NCBI RefSeq assembly: GCF_011386835.1
Contig: NC_088795.1
Location: 114,328,001-114,392,000 of the forward strand
Source of the DNA: Chrysemys picta bellii
Lineage: Eukaryota
Direction of reading: 5' to 3'
DNA: 64,000 nt
Shown here in pieces: positions 26,182 through 39,675 of the stretch. The first letter of the stretch is position 1. Each line of letters opens with the position of its first letter. The position numbers were made by a program, and so were the translations under genes. The notes below the pieces were generated by a model. The model ran no database searches and was not told the origin of the DNA. It was given only the letters and a program-made list of their open reading frames with translations.

Positions 26182-27731
26182 CAAGATTGGCGGGCATCAC
26201 AATATCACAAACAGGGATAGAAACACTCACCATCTGAACACCATCCCTGTGATGCCATTTAATAACTGTTCAGCCCAGCACGGACCTCTGATGATAAGAA
26301 AAATGCTGGTGCCACTACAGATGACAGTGGTGATATTTCTAAAACTGTCAGTTTATAACTCCCTTTGCTGTCAGCATGACACCACAGTAACATCAGCACT
26401 CAGCAAGGCACATGTCATTGGTTTTCTGTTTGTCAGGGCTGATTTTGTTCACTCTCCAAAAAAGTTTTCTTTCTAGAAGACATTGAGACTTTTGCTGTTA
26501 TGGCAGAAGAGATTGCTTTATAAGGAGCCATTATTAACTTAGGTTGATTTGACTACATGGACCATTGGATCCTAAAGCACCTCTGTTTCTAGGGCTAAAG
26601 ATATGTAGCAACATTTGAGCAGAATTATACTGATTCTTAGAACAACATTTTATGGAAGAAATTCTTGAAGGCTGGACAAGAATGTTTTTCTATCCTCAGT
26701 GAAGACAGAAGTGCAGCTCTGTAAGTTCTCATATCAAGATCTTCACTCTTAAAATTCACATGAGAATTACTTGGAAATGGGACTTTGAGATGGCATAGGC
26801 CAAGGAGGAGATATTTGGCTTGGGGGGAAAATGGCTACGCTCAAAGTTTAGTAATGCTAGTTGCTGGTACCTATCCATATAGTTGACCTGGGTGTTTCAC
26901 TTTGCGCAGTAGGACTGTGATACTTACATTTTATGGCAAATTAGCTGTGTTAAATGTTGATATTATAGAGCAAGACAAATAATAGTAATAGTACCAATGA
27001 ACAAAATTCATGCAGCCTTTCAGTAAAGGTAGAAGAACTTTCAGAGAATCCATCCAGTGCCTGTCTGCACGCTACATCTTCCAGTAAATGGTACTTCTTA
27101 ATACTTCAAATATTGTATCTGGAAGTGGTATTTCCTCTGCAGCCTATAACAACTAGTGTCTTAGCTCTCTTGGCTCTCCCTCATCCAGAGTTGCTGCCTG
27201 AATGGGTACGTTGTACAAAATCAGATTGATTTGGCATACAGCAGGGTACTCTCTTCTAGTCTTAAAGAAAGCCAAGTGCCTCATTAAATATTTTGCCAGT
27301 TCTTGTTTTGAAACAGCACTTAACTGCATGGTTACTACAGCCATTACAGTCCCTGTAAGTGCTACAATAAATTCCCTGTCACCTGAAAGGGAATGTTTAT
27401 ATACTAGACCAAAAAATAAGTTTTCTATTACTGCTCCTTGAAAACAGTTACATTTACAGAATAAGGAACTTTGATTTTGAAAAAAAGGCAGTTGATATAT
27501 ATCTTTCAAAGTGATGCAGGAGGTCAGGCTATTGCAAGGACAAGGTAATATTGATGGTAGCCTTCCTGAATAAAAGGGCACTCTTTCTTGCTGGTTTAAA
27601 GTGAACGTTGATATTCACTTTTGTATCTGAGTACTTTTCAACATGACAGAGCAAGGCAAATTTGTCTTTTCTATGGCAACCTCTGTAGTAAGTATGCAGA
27701 GTTGTTGTGGCTGTGTTGGTCTCAGGATATT

Positions 27732-27899
27732 AGAGAGACAAGGTGAGTGAGGTAATATCTTTTATTGGACCAACTTCTGTTGGTGAGAGAGAGAGACAAG
27801 CTTTTGAGCTTACACAGAGCTCATCTTCAGAAAGCTTGACTTTCTCACCAGCAGAAGTTGGTCCAATAAAAGATATTACCTCACCCACCTTGTCTCTCT
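27732..27899. mobile_element. Penelope-derived fold-back mini-element with decayed hammerhead motif
   Basis: Arms agagagacaaggtgagtgaggtaatatcttttattggaccaacttctgttggtgaga / tctcaccagcagaagttggtccaataaaagatattacctcacccaccttgtctctct; minus-strand ctgaagatgagctctgtgtaagctcaaaagcttgtc in the loop. Confidence 0.75.
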
Positions 27900-28189
27900 G
27901 TAACAAGTAGTAGTTAGATGTGTGGGGCCAGATTTTGCTCCCTGCTGATACTCTTTTGTGCCCATTCTGTAGCATGCATAAATGTAAAAGGGCAGGAGCA
28001 GCTTGTTGGGGAAAAGTACATAGGCATGAATCTTGAGAGGCACAACATGGAATCTAGCTCATAGACGAGAGATTGCAAAAGAAAATCTAATACATTCAGA
28101 CCATGGTGTTTTTGTAATGGAGAATATGCATGTTGTTCATGGATTCTGCAACAAAAATGTTGATTCTTAATATGAAAACTTACAGTGAA

Positions 28190-28560
28190 ACTGGAACTGA
28201 GGGAGTAGTCTTTTGGACAAGCAGGTACCAAGCCAATTAGAGCTTTGTAGGTCAAAACTAACACCTTAAATACCAGAACCACGAGGTAATGAGCGATTGT
28301 TCATAGAAACTAGTGTTGTGTGCTCGAGGCGAGATAATGCATTTAACAAGTGGGCTGTGTGACATTCTGTAACAGCTTTAGTTTCCGAATGGATTTAAGG
28401 TGCAACATGGCAGTTATCTAACCTAACGGTGACAAAGGCCTGGTGCTAGTTGAGGTCTGCCTCTGAGAGAGACACTCATAAGCGCCTGCGAAGACATAGA
28501 TTTTAAAAAGCCTTCCTGATCATTGCTGCTACCTGATAATCTAGAAGCAGCTGAGAATCC
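28190..28560 (-). mobile_element. L2 LINE remnant (ORF2 C-terminus)
   Basis: Minus-strand translation LVFKVLVLTYKALIGLVPACPKDYSL resembles the L2 C-terminal FKxLxLTYKALxGLAPxYL motif. Confidence 0.6.
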
Positions 28561-29503
28561 ACCCAGTTTCCCAGTCGGTGTGTACATGCCACAAATGGTG
28601 GACATATACCCTGCCTAAGAGGGGCCGGTGTAACCTTTGCAGTATCCTCCAATTGATTTTCCCAGCTCACCAGCCTCATTTCCAGCTTGTTCAGAATGAT
28701 CAGGCAAAATACAGTTTGGGATTGTCAGGGGTATACAGAGATGAGTAAGGAGTTCAGAGACGCAACTTATTAATTAATTATGGACTTCTAAAAGGCCCAT
28801 TATGATAGATTTAGATTGCCTTACTTTGCATAGGGACCTGCAAATTGGAGGGTCTATAGCTTGAAGAGATTAACAATATCACAGGAACCTTCATTTTCAT
28901 TTCATTTCAAGGTCTATTTTTCATCACCGTGAAGCTTGTAAAGAAACCTTTAATATAAACATATGAGAACTCATTTTGTAGTTGTGCCATTGAAAATGAA
29001 TGCTTTGTCTTTTAAGATTTAAGGACCTATTTGTGCAGACCGCTTGTTGGACCTCCCTGCAGGCACCCCTCTTCATGTTGCCAAAGTTAGGCCGGTGGCT
29101 GCAAAAACCCAGCAGCCAACATTCTAACTAGCCTGTTTTGACAGAAGTGCATAGTTCAGTGTTCATTAGTGCGGCATGATGCTAGCTGATCATGCAGCAC
29201 TTTTTGAAATTCTAAAAAGGCTTCAAAAGCAAATTAAAAACAGTAATTTGAAGTCAGAATTCTTTGGCTTCCTGAATCCAGAATAAACATACATGAGAAG
29301 CAGCCTGATTTCACTACTCCTTACACAAAGGAGTTACCCTAGGTTTGAAAATTTTCAACCCTCAACTTAAATACACTGGGACAAATTCATCCCTGCTGTA
29401 ACTGCAGTGAGGTGAGTGAAGTTACACCAGGGTTTAATTTGGTTTACTATTCACATTTTATCTTCTACTAGCTTGCTATATGTACAGTTGTCACTCTGAA
29501 TTG

Positions 29504-29662
29504 TGGATATGTCTACACTTAGGGTGGCTGTAGAGTACAGATACTGCACACCCAGCTAGCATGGGTATGAATAGTAATGTAGATGGAGAGACATGGCTTA
29601 GGTGAGGAGAGTGCCCTACATGCCTGATTCCTAGTGTATGTATACTATATGGCTGTCTACAT
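29504..29662. mobile_element. Decayed Harbinger-type MITE
   Basis: Starts ggatatgtctacact; ctagcatgggtat motif shared with 6239-6544. Confidence 0.5.
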
Positions 29663-30769
29663 TCCCTCTCTCTCTCTTCTATATATAATACACACAAACA
29701 CACCCCTCATTCACTATCTAATTGATTATTCCACATTGTCCATTGGAGACAAAGGACATTATGATGTTTAAGAATAAACAAAATTGTCATTGTAAATTTA
29801 TACAGATTACAGTAAAATGTCAAGACAACAGCCAGATTTCATTTCCAGTTTATGGAGAAGATATTAGGATGTCAGTATTAAACAAAACATTGTCAGTATG
29901 TATCTGCAGAAACAATACTGGTATGCAGCTACATGAAGGCATGTCAAATCAAGCCTTTGAAGTTATGTGGGACGTATACATGAAGGCAAATGAGCTACAG
30001 TAAATGCATATCTATGCAGAAGACTCTGATGAAATAATGAAGTTAAACTATCAATATGAGCACATTCCACCTTTATGGGTTGTCCAGACACTGGCTCTGT
30101 AGTGGGAAGGGATTCTGGGAACAATACTCTTTTTGTTTTGTTTTTAAATCCTGGAGGTTATTTTAAACTTACACTGTGTGTGCTTGAATTTAAACTAAAT
30201 AATACAAATTGGAATTGGATTGTCTTTCAGAATTACCCTTTTGTTTGTAATACTGGGCATTCTGCTATGAAGTCGTAAAGAGAGAAGAATCTTGTACATT
30301 GTCTTTGGCTTTGTGAGAACATTTCCTGGTTTCAGTCCATGTCAGTTGTTACCCCCCGGAGTTTTGCTGTAAGATTTGGCTTTGAACAAACTCAATTTCA
30401 AAGTGAAAGGGAACCAACATAAACCAAATTTCACTTGCTTTTGTGTTGGAGCCATGCATTTTATACAATTTTATACAGTATTCTAAATGAACCTAGGTAT
30501 CCTTGAAACTGGGTAGAGTCACAGGAAAGGTTCATGAACCTTCGTGAACTGTTTGAACATAGTTTGATTTTTTTCTTCTTGCCCTGAAAGCCAAAATTGG
30601 CCAAGTTTCTTAAGTTTTCACTGCAAACATTTCATGCAGTGCCTTTATGATTTTTCATTTTTTCTCCCAAAGAAGTGTCCAAATCAAACAAGTATATTGT
30701 TATATACAATGTCATATAGGCTCATTCAAAGGAAATTAAAGATACAATATTCAGCCTCTATAAAAAGCA

Positions 30770-31185
30770 GAAAAGCACCTTGAATATTGTGTTCAGTTCT
30801 GGGCACTTAATTACCAGAATGATATTGATGAACTGGGAGGAGTTTAGAGAAAAACAATGTGATGGAGGTATCGATTTATGAGGAAAGATGGAAAGAGCTT
30901 GGGAACTAAAGAGGCTGAGAGTGGAGATGTGAGTCTACAGATATCTGAAGGGTGTAAACACCAAGGAGGAGAGGAAAATATTAGTGTGATATGTGGGGGT
31001 ATAATTAGGAGTAATGGGATTCAATTAAGAAAATAAACATTTTGAACAAACATCATGAACATTTTCCTGCCCTTAATATGCATTAGGCTGTGGAAAAGTC
31101 TCTCAAGGGAAGTGGTGGAAGCCCCATTAAAACTAAACTAGACAAAACTCCACACAGTCAGGGAGCTGAACTGGATGTTCCAATC
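30770..31185 (+). mobile_element. Old CR1 ORF2 3' fragment
   Basis: gaatattgtgttcagttctgggcac...tacagatatctgaagggtg...ggagtaatgggattcaatt match CR1 C-terminal coding sequence (YCVQFW motif). Confidence 0.75.
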
Positions 31186-31554
31186 TTTTATTTTCCCTCG
31201 TGTTCCTGTGAGGTAGCTGAGAAAATAAAAACAATCATTGCTAAAAGATTTTGTGGGGGATGAACTTAGAATGTCTTCTGAGCAAAAACCATTGGAGAGT
31301 TTGTGAGATTCCCTTTCAGTTCCTTCTGACTTAATTCCCTTTCTTAAATTTTCAAACAATTACTTTTGTGCTTTCTCTTATGCTGCCCCTCGTGCTGGGG
31401 ACAGGCTCCCTGTAAACAGCCACATAACTAACTCATTATCCTCCCACAAACCCTCCTTACAACTTTCCTTTGCTATGAGGCCTACAGCACACTGACAATT
31501 GGTAGATTGCTGCTATGCTGAGACCACTGCCTGTTATATGGACCATGGTACTTC

Positions 31555-31710
31555 CCCATCTATCTGTTGTCTCTTGTCTTAGATTATATTGTATTGTATC
31601 ATACTGTAGATTTGGGGCAGGGACTCTTTTTGTCCTGCACCTAGCACAATGGGCTCCAAGTTCATGACTCGAGCTCCCAGGCACCATGATAGTACAAATA
31701 ACAATAAACT
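31555..31710 (+). mobile_element. L2/MIR-type 3' tail remnant
   Basis: tttggggcagggactc...cctagcacaatgggctcc...tacaaataacaataa. Confidence 0.55.
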
Positions 31711-34700
31711 CCTTCAATGTCCCTGCAAAGTGTATTTTACAAACAATTCTTCATAAGTTTTATTGTTGTTTTCAAAGAACAGCTTAGACATTCTACCTTA
31801 AACTGAGGCAGTTCTTCATAGAGAGATTTCCTAAGAACAAGTGAAATGCCGCTTTGTTAGGATGTGAGGAAAGTTTGAAAGAAGCTTTTACTGATGCCTT
31901 TTTATTGAGCACTTCCTCCTCCTCAAAACTTAAAATGCCATCAAATAGCTCTACTTTTGTTGAGAAGGGGAGATGTTGCATTCGTGGGTCTTTTAACTGT
32001 ATTTACTATACTGATCTGCAGAGACAAAGTAGCAGCAGCAACATTTTATAAGCTTTGTAAAATAATAAAATTCCACAAAAAGCTTTTCCAGTCCATGGTT
32101 CCTCATCGAACATCTCTGCTCGGTGTCCGCGTCAGGTTCCCTTCGTTTGACCCTTTGACCTCACGCCTGTCCCTGTTATCTCATTAGTTATCCCCCGGAA
32201 TCATTTGGCTTCCAGGTCCTGTGGATTCTCCCCTTAGGCTGGGGGTAGGTCCTTTAGCAGTGGGCCGGCTCCACCCGCCCACTTCCTGGATCCCAATAGG
32301 ATCTCTTCAGCTTTGGAATACTTAAGAACAGAAGCAGGCCATGGAAACAAAGTAACCAAACAGTTGTGAGGCTATCAAAGCAGAATACATCTCTGCTGTA
32401 TGCATAGGGAAGGAAATGTCACATCACTATGCCAAGTTAGCATAGAAAGCAGATCATCGATTAGACCAACCTACTACAGAAAGTGTCCACTTGTGGCAAG
32501 TTGATAATACTGTGGTGATTTGTGGAGATGGGAAACAAGAACAGTTCAGCATCTTAGCATGAAATGAACTATGAGGATCTGCCTAACCTCACATTCCTTT
32601 TCCTCTTCAAAAGAATGTACAGTTCAAGCAGGAATAAGATACAACATCTGATTTGTTTTTAAAAATAAAATTAGATAGAGCTGTTTCTAATAATACAATG
32701 GATTTTCATTTAACTGTTCAGGTAGAAATGAGTTACCTTTAACAAAAAGGCATATGAAAGTGTAATATTCCAGATGTACAATGTTGCCAGTGTGCTTTTA
32801 TGCAGAGGTCATGAATTTCAAAGTAAATTTAACCTTAATTATGTTGGAAGTCTCTGTAGATTTTTTTAAAGTAGCTGCAAATGCTCAATGCAGAATATAA
32901 AGCAACACATTTCCTATTAGGGAAACATATTGTTAATTTGTTAAACAAGTCACACCTGATTGCAAGTTACACCTCATTGGTATGCCGTTAAAACAGACCC
33001 CTTCACATGTAGTTAGACATTATATCAAACGACTTGCCAGCATAGATTTTTTTTCCTTGGATCTTGGAAGACAATAGGTTGTACATACCCAGGAACAACA
33101 GCATTTGAATGAGAATTATTTTCAACTTTGGTTTTTGACAGGGACTCTTAATTATTAATCCCAGGCAAAAATCTTCATTAAACTGGAGTTAAGATTATAA
33201 ACATTTAACAATTATTTAAGGGAAAAATCCTTGTGAGAACACCAGTTTTAAAGTAACCCAAGCCCATAAACACTAGCCTAGTAATTCAAAACTAAGGTTA
33301 CATTCAAAGCAAACACAAAATCCTCCAACCATTTAAAGCTTGCACAATTAAAATCACACATATAACCTTAACTGTGCCCCTGTCCCTGCCAACTTCCATT
33401 GCATGTGTGTGCCACACTGTGGGTGTGTAAGATCAAAGCATTTTGCTGAAGGAGAGTTAATGAGGAGTTAAATTCTCAAAAGACAGCTGCAGACACAACT
33501 CCACTAAATCCAGTTTATTTGCATATTTTTTCACTAGAGTCGAGGAAGTGTGAAATCCTTGTCTTAATTTTGGACATATATTTCCATGATCTGGCAAGGG
33601 ATCACACTTAACCTATATATTAGAGATGCAGATTGTATCTAAAAGTAGGCTCCTGAGTCTGTAGTTAGGCACCTAAATAAGTGGCCTGATTATTAAAAAA
33701 ACTGAGCGCTCAACATCTCCCAGTGACCTAAGTGAGGGTTGTTGGGTGCTCAGTACTTTTGAAAACCAGGTCACTTATTTGGGCACCTAAATTTAGACTC
33801 CTACTTTAATTTTAGGGAATTGTGCCCCATTTAAACTGCATTTCCTGTTTCCTCTCTGTTACACAAAGCTTTCCCCCCACATGAACTTACAGATAACTAC
33901 TGTGAGGGAAAAGATCCCTGTTATACAGAATAAGAGCTTTAAAAGCACCCAGGAAATAAATAAACAGAAGCTGCAAACTCATGATGCTTCTTCCAGTGTA
34001 AAGCTAATCTACTTCATCAGACCATGACTGAAAACAATGGAGACAATTGCTGAATGATTTATAAAATAATAATGAGGGGCATATTTAGGGTATGAAATGA
34101 ATTGTTTTGGGATGTCAGACTATTTTCATTTAACTGAGTTGATTAGCACATTATCTATTGAATCATAGAATCTCCAAAAAGAGCATTAAGGTTTCATTAT
34201 CTTGCTTGGGTACTTTGCTTGCATATCATTGTTCTATGTGTTGATTTCACAGAATGAGATATCAACATTTTTGATCTAATCCAAAGATATGAAAAATGTA
34301 AAATGGTAATTTCGTGAGACTGACAAAAATATGAAATAAAAAAGTTAGAAAAGTGCTAAAATATTGCATCCTGAGTAGCATTCCAGTGCACAAGATACAC
34401 CAGTTCACGATAGTATCTCATCATTGTTCATCATACTTTGGGCTCCTCTGGGCTCTCATGCACTCTTGTCTAGTCAGGATGAAACTAATCTAATAGTGTG
34501 TAAGGGCTGCAGATGAAATGTGTGCACCTCAATGAGGTAATAATTCTAAGGCTTTGGGGAGCCCCACCATCCTTGCAGAAGACTGTGTGTGGCTGGAGAA
34601 CAAGAATGCAGAAGGCCTGGTCCACCCACCAAACAGACAGACCCACGCTGCTGAGCTAAGCACTGGCAGGCCCCCCTGCTGCTGCCGTCCCTCTTTCTCT

Positions 34701-35454
34701 TTGGAGGGAAGAGGGGAACCATGCTGCTCCTGAGGGGATGGAGATCCCTGCTGCCACTCCTGGGAGAGAGGGCTCTGAGACAGGAGAGGGGACCCCCAGC
34801 CATTATCACTCCAAATGGTGGTTAATGCCCCATTTTGCAGTGTGTCTGTAACCCTGTATAGCCTTAACCCAGCCCTGGTCAATAGTAATGTATGTCCAGT
34901 GGCAACAAACTTCCACGTATATTGTGTGTAGGTGGCTCCTATTCCAGTTCAGGGGATGGAGTAGCAGGGGAGGCTGTGGAGCTGCTGCATGACCTGCCCA
35001 AATGTTGGAGGGTGGATTTGCTTCCCATCAACATTCCCTAGTAGTTCACCCATAGAAAGTCAATAAACTCAGGCTTTGTGCAGGGTTGTGCAGGGTTTGG
35101 GTGAAATTCACCATTAAAAAATACGTATTGTTATGGGGTATCTTTGTTTTAACACACTCATTCACGGATTAAAACTCCTAAAATGAGCATGCAGCAGTGC
35201 ATTTTGGTTGATGGATCTTTGTGAACCCAGGCTATTTACCAGTGCTAATGCTGAATGCAGAGTCCTGTAAAGCTGGTGGCCCAGCACAGCAGAATTCAGG
35301 GAAGGAGGTGTGAGTTATCAATACGATCAGCCAACACAAGCAACCATCTGTCGATATTATACTTGTGATCTCCTGCAGAAATAGCATGTGTGTTCTGAGA
35401 ATTTCCATCATGCATGACCTCTTGGTTGAGGGGGAAAAACCTGCGTAACTGGCT

Positions 35455-35700
35455 TAGGGATGTAAAATACTAAATGGTTAACCCACTGGCCCCACCCCGT
35501 GTTGGCTGATCCCAGTTGTGGGCCAGCCGGCTGGAGCAGCCCTAGCCGCACCGGCCCGCCGACCCCAGCCCTAGCTGCACCGGCCTACTGGAGCAGCTGC
35601 AGAGGCCCCAGCCCCTCTCCCTTTAATCAGTTAACCGTTTAAACTACATAACTGTAATTGTTTAAACGGTTAACTTTATAAATGGATATTTACATCCCTA
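35455..35700. mobile_element. hAT-type MITE (246 bp)
   Basis: TIR tagggatgtaaa / tttacatcccta; perfect 8-bp TSD aactggct at 35447-35454 and 35701-35708. Confidence 0.9.
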
Positions 35701-38276
35701 AACTGGCTGCTTGGGAAATTTTACATCCTACAGTAAGAAAAAAGATGCAATTTCCTTTTAGCTTTTGGGAAAGTATAAGGGCCAAATTTCACCACCTCTT
35801 CTGCAGATGGGCAAAAGGCAACTGAGTAAGGAACAATCACTGTACTCCACTCCAGAGTCCCCCAGAACTACTGGAGTTCCCAGTCCGCAAGTCCTTTGTA
35901 TCCAACACTTATACACTATTCTTTGGCACAGCTCCTAAAACTTAGTTTGATCAGATAGTCATTAACCTCACCATGAAACATCGCCAATAAATTGATTTTC
36001 TGGTCCCTGGCAAAGAAAATATGCAAACGGGGCTCTGCATGAAACTGCATCCAGGTTAGTTTCTGGGTCTGTATTAATGCAGCAAAAGCAGGATTCTTGT
36101 ACTCCTATTTTCACCCAGACTTCAGTCTAATGGGAATTATGGACAATGAGATTTTTGAAAACAACAGTTTAGGAGCAGATTTCAGCTATCCAGATGTAAA
36201 ACAGAACAAGCTATGTTTAAAGTATTGCTCAATATGACTTGTAAACTTGTGCATGACTGCTTCCCTCCATGATATGGAAGAAGGAGAAACAGGAAGGGAG
36301 TCGAGATGGGCCCGAGCTGTGAAGTTTGGATCCTCAAATATCAGGATTAATAGGAATCCAGGGATTTCGTTCAGATCATCTCTAGAGGGGAGAAATTCTT
36401 GGCTTAGTTTTCTCTGGCAGAAGATATGCCTGGTGTGGCATATGTAGCTTGACATTTTTGTGTTTTTTTTTCTTTTTGGGGGGATGGGAGAGTATTGCAA
36501 CTTTAAATGTCTGACAATTCACCTTGTACCCAGACAGAACCACCATTTTGTTATCAGAATTACTGCAGCCTGTTCAGAGGCAGTACATGGATTGTGCTCT
36601 AGCGTTCTTTTATGATTTTCTTATTGTTGTTTTCCTTACTCTAAAGTAAGTCATTCAGATTGAAAGCATCTGGCTGATCTTTCTCTAAGGAAATGGAACA
36701 ACTGGAAACATAACAGTGCAGAAGCAGCTAAGCAATAGATAGCTCTTTCATTTAAGATGCTAGCATTCTGCAGAGCAGTATTTGGAAAAACAAAGGGAAT
36801 GCCAAATGAAAATTAAATGGAGGGGGAGGGTGGAAAGAGGGAAGGAATAGGACGTGTTGAAAGATAAATGGCTATATGCCCAAGGGTTATGAGTGCCATC
36901 TAACAATAAATACACTAGGAGTTAAAAAGGTCACTGTGAATAAGAGAGTGCAAAAAGTAATCAAGGATTAGAAAGACGGACATGCATTGTGTAAAGAATG
37001 AGGTACTGGAGTTAAGGGTATAAGTACTGATAAGGAAATGCAAGCTGGAGAATGAAAGGCAGATTGCACAAGAGTTTCAAATGGTTGCATAATAAAATAT
37101 GCTACAAGAACATAAGGACAAAGAGGTCAGCGGGGAAGAGTGGAGCTGCTAAATGTGACAATGGTTGACATAAGGGGACGGATTCTTGGGTCTAGACAAA
37201 TTACAGACAGTGCAAATCAGGCTTCGAGTGCAAAGGTGGATAAAAGTTCCCCCTTGTATTCCCCTGCTCTTGGGGTGGTTGTGTGAAGGGTCAGGTGGAC
37301 TGCCTCAGAGTTGGGAGGATTCCAGCCTTTGGGGATCCATTGCTTTGGGGATCCATCCCAGACTGCCACATGGAACTGCCGCAAGGCCGCAGTTCCATTC
37401 CCTTTCAAATGGGATTTTTAAATTTTGGAGCTTTGTTCCCAATTGGAATTAAACCAGATGTCAAAATGTCAAAATCATCTCTGGAAGCAGAGTTACCTTT
37501 TTCTGTTCAGCTCTAATGATGATATTTGGCCAGACCAGGGGATAGTTTTAGAAATCTAGGATTCTAATTTATCATACCGAATGCTGATTCACTTGAATGA
37601 CAAATGGGCCTTAAAACTTCTGAAAAAACTAACTAAAAACCCCCTTCATCTGAGGAATTTATAGACATAATATTCTGTACTGGAAAGCTTTTGAGGTAGT
37701 ACTGCATATAATCAGAGTTGAGTGCATAAAGAACAAACTTTGAAACTTCACATTGAAAGTCCTTGTGGTTCATAGTGTAGATTGGAAGTTAAGTGACCCA
37801 GTGGTGTTTGTCCAAGATAGGCTTGGATTAATTTTGTTCACTTTATACATCAGTGACCAGAAGGAAGAAATATGCAAAAAGGTAGTACAGTTATTGATTA
37901 CCTGAAACAGAAGAAAGGTGGTGGAAAATACTTTGACATGCCAAAAAAAAAGAAAAGAAAACAAAAAAGATATCAAGTTTACATCAGGAAACGTGTCTAG
38001 CACTACATAAGGGAAATAAGAAAATGAGGTCACATTTAGAACTCTAATTTTATTGAGGAGAGTGCACAGACAACCTTAATTCTAGCATTTCCTAATTATA
38101 GAGTGTCACAGCCAGATCTAGTGGTCAGAGCCAGAGTCCACAGTCATGAGTTGAGAGTCAACTGGGCCAGGATACTAGGAGATCAGAAGCAGGAGACAAA
38201 CTTGAGATCAGAACCACAAGTCAGACACCAGGAGTCAAGCTGGCTTAGGATGCGAACAGGAGCAGGATGGCTCTCA

Positions 38277-38515
38277 GCAGGTACCTGGGGCGGCCATAGA
38301 AAGGGGCGGCAGTCCATCCGTTGTTGGGGTGGCACCTCCAGGTCTGTGGTGGCAATTCGGCGGCAGGTCCTTCAGTGCCTTGCTTCCACTTTGGCGGCAG
38401 CTCAATCACCCCACTTCAGTCTTCGGCGGCAATTCGGCAGCCGCTCAATCAGGTTTTTCCTTCTTTTTTTTTTTTTTCACTGCTTGGGGCGGCAAAAAAG
38501 CTGGAGCTGGCCCTG
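38277..38515. mobile_element. hAT-type GC-rich MITE (family of 48003-48258), 5' end degraded
   Basis: gcaattcggcggcagg repeats; ends aaaaaagctggagctggccctg. Confidence 0.65.
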
Positions 38516-39675
38516 CCATGGCGGAACCTCCAACTGGGCCTGAGCTTCATGGATCCTGGGTAAGCTAAATAAAGTTTAGTTTCATGCCTACTGCAATATT
38601 CTGGTCAACCCAAAACAGAAATTTTTCAAGGTTTTTAAAATGTTTTAAATTTGTAAAAAAGAAAATTGAAAGAAATTCTGAAACAAAATACCTTTCCAAA
38701 ATTGAATGTCAAAATGTGTTTCAGAAATGCTGAAATTGAACTCTTTTGACACTTCTGAATTTTTTCCCTTATTTTTTGGCTGAAATAATGAACCAAAATT
38801 GACTTCAATGTAGGGATGGTTTTGGTTGACCTGAAAGTTCGACCTTTTTAGTGAAAAAAGATTTTGCATGAAAAATATCTCTCACCTCTATCTGTATGTT
38901 TAGTTTATGAAATCTTCAGCATTGTCTGGGGCAGCAGCAGGGCACATATTGCAACTAAAGGTTTGAAAGACTTGCTCAGGACTTTGAAGGAAGCAATGAT
39001 AGAGAAGTACAACTGTGTCATGAAAGAAAAAGGCAAGACGTATAGTAAACAGGCTCTTTGACCTTTTTCCTTTTGAAATGTCTTATGTTTCTCTTTACCA
39101 GTGAGAATATGACAAACTCTGGCTTTTCCTATGAAAGCCTTCCCTGTTGCCAGCCCTCCCTTTCCTCAGTTATTGGGATTTGGTGTTATGCTCATTGGCT
39201 TGTGATGTGATGTAATCCCTAAAGTAAAGTTCAAATGGGGAGATTTTTTTTCTTGGTACAAAGGGAATATGGGGGAACAGAAGGAACAATCCTATGTAGA
39301 ATTCCTTTAAAGAACATTGTCTCTGTTTGGTATTAGATCACCTTTCTCTTGAAGAAAGGACCCTTCTATTAGTCCTATTCTACATATGATCCCAAGGCCT
39401 GGTGTGAAAAAGACAAATATGGCGGAAAAGAGACCAATGCAGTTTTCAGAGGCACCACAGAACAGAGCAAAGAGATGATAATCCCTCTCTATACTTTGAT
39501 GGAACAGTCACCCCTGGAATACTAGAGGGTGTTTGTGTAAATCAAGCTGAGGATGGAACCAAAGACTGAACAGACTAAGTATCATCCCTCCAAATACTCA
39601 GTGCAGATGGTCTCTTCTTCACGTGACTTTGGCTTCTTCAACACACACCGTTCCTCATGCCCAGGCCCTCCAGGA

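Noticed and set aside
27153-27581. 142-aa minus-strand ORF in unique sequence
   Set aside because: No recognisable domain, no clear start context, and splice sites could be placed several ways; the length is within chance for a 64-kb six-frame scan
38103-38568. 146-aa and overlapping GC-rich ORFs (also 48030-48349, 43144-43530, 34529-34882)
   Set aside because: They fall in GC-rich non-autonomous repeats where stop codons are scarce
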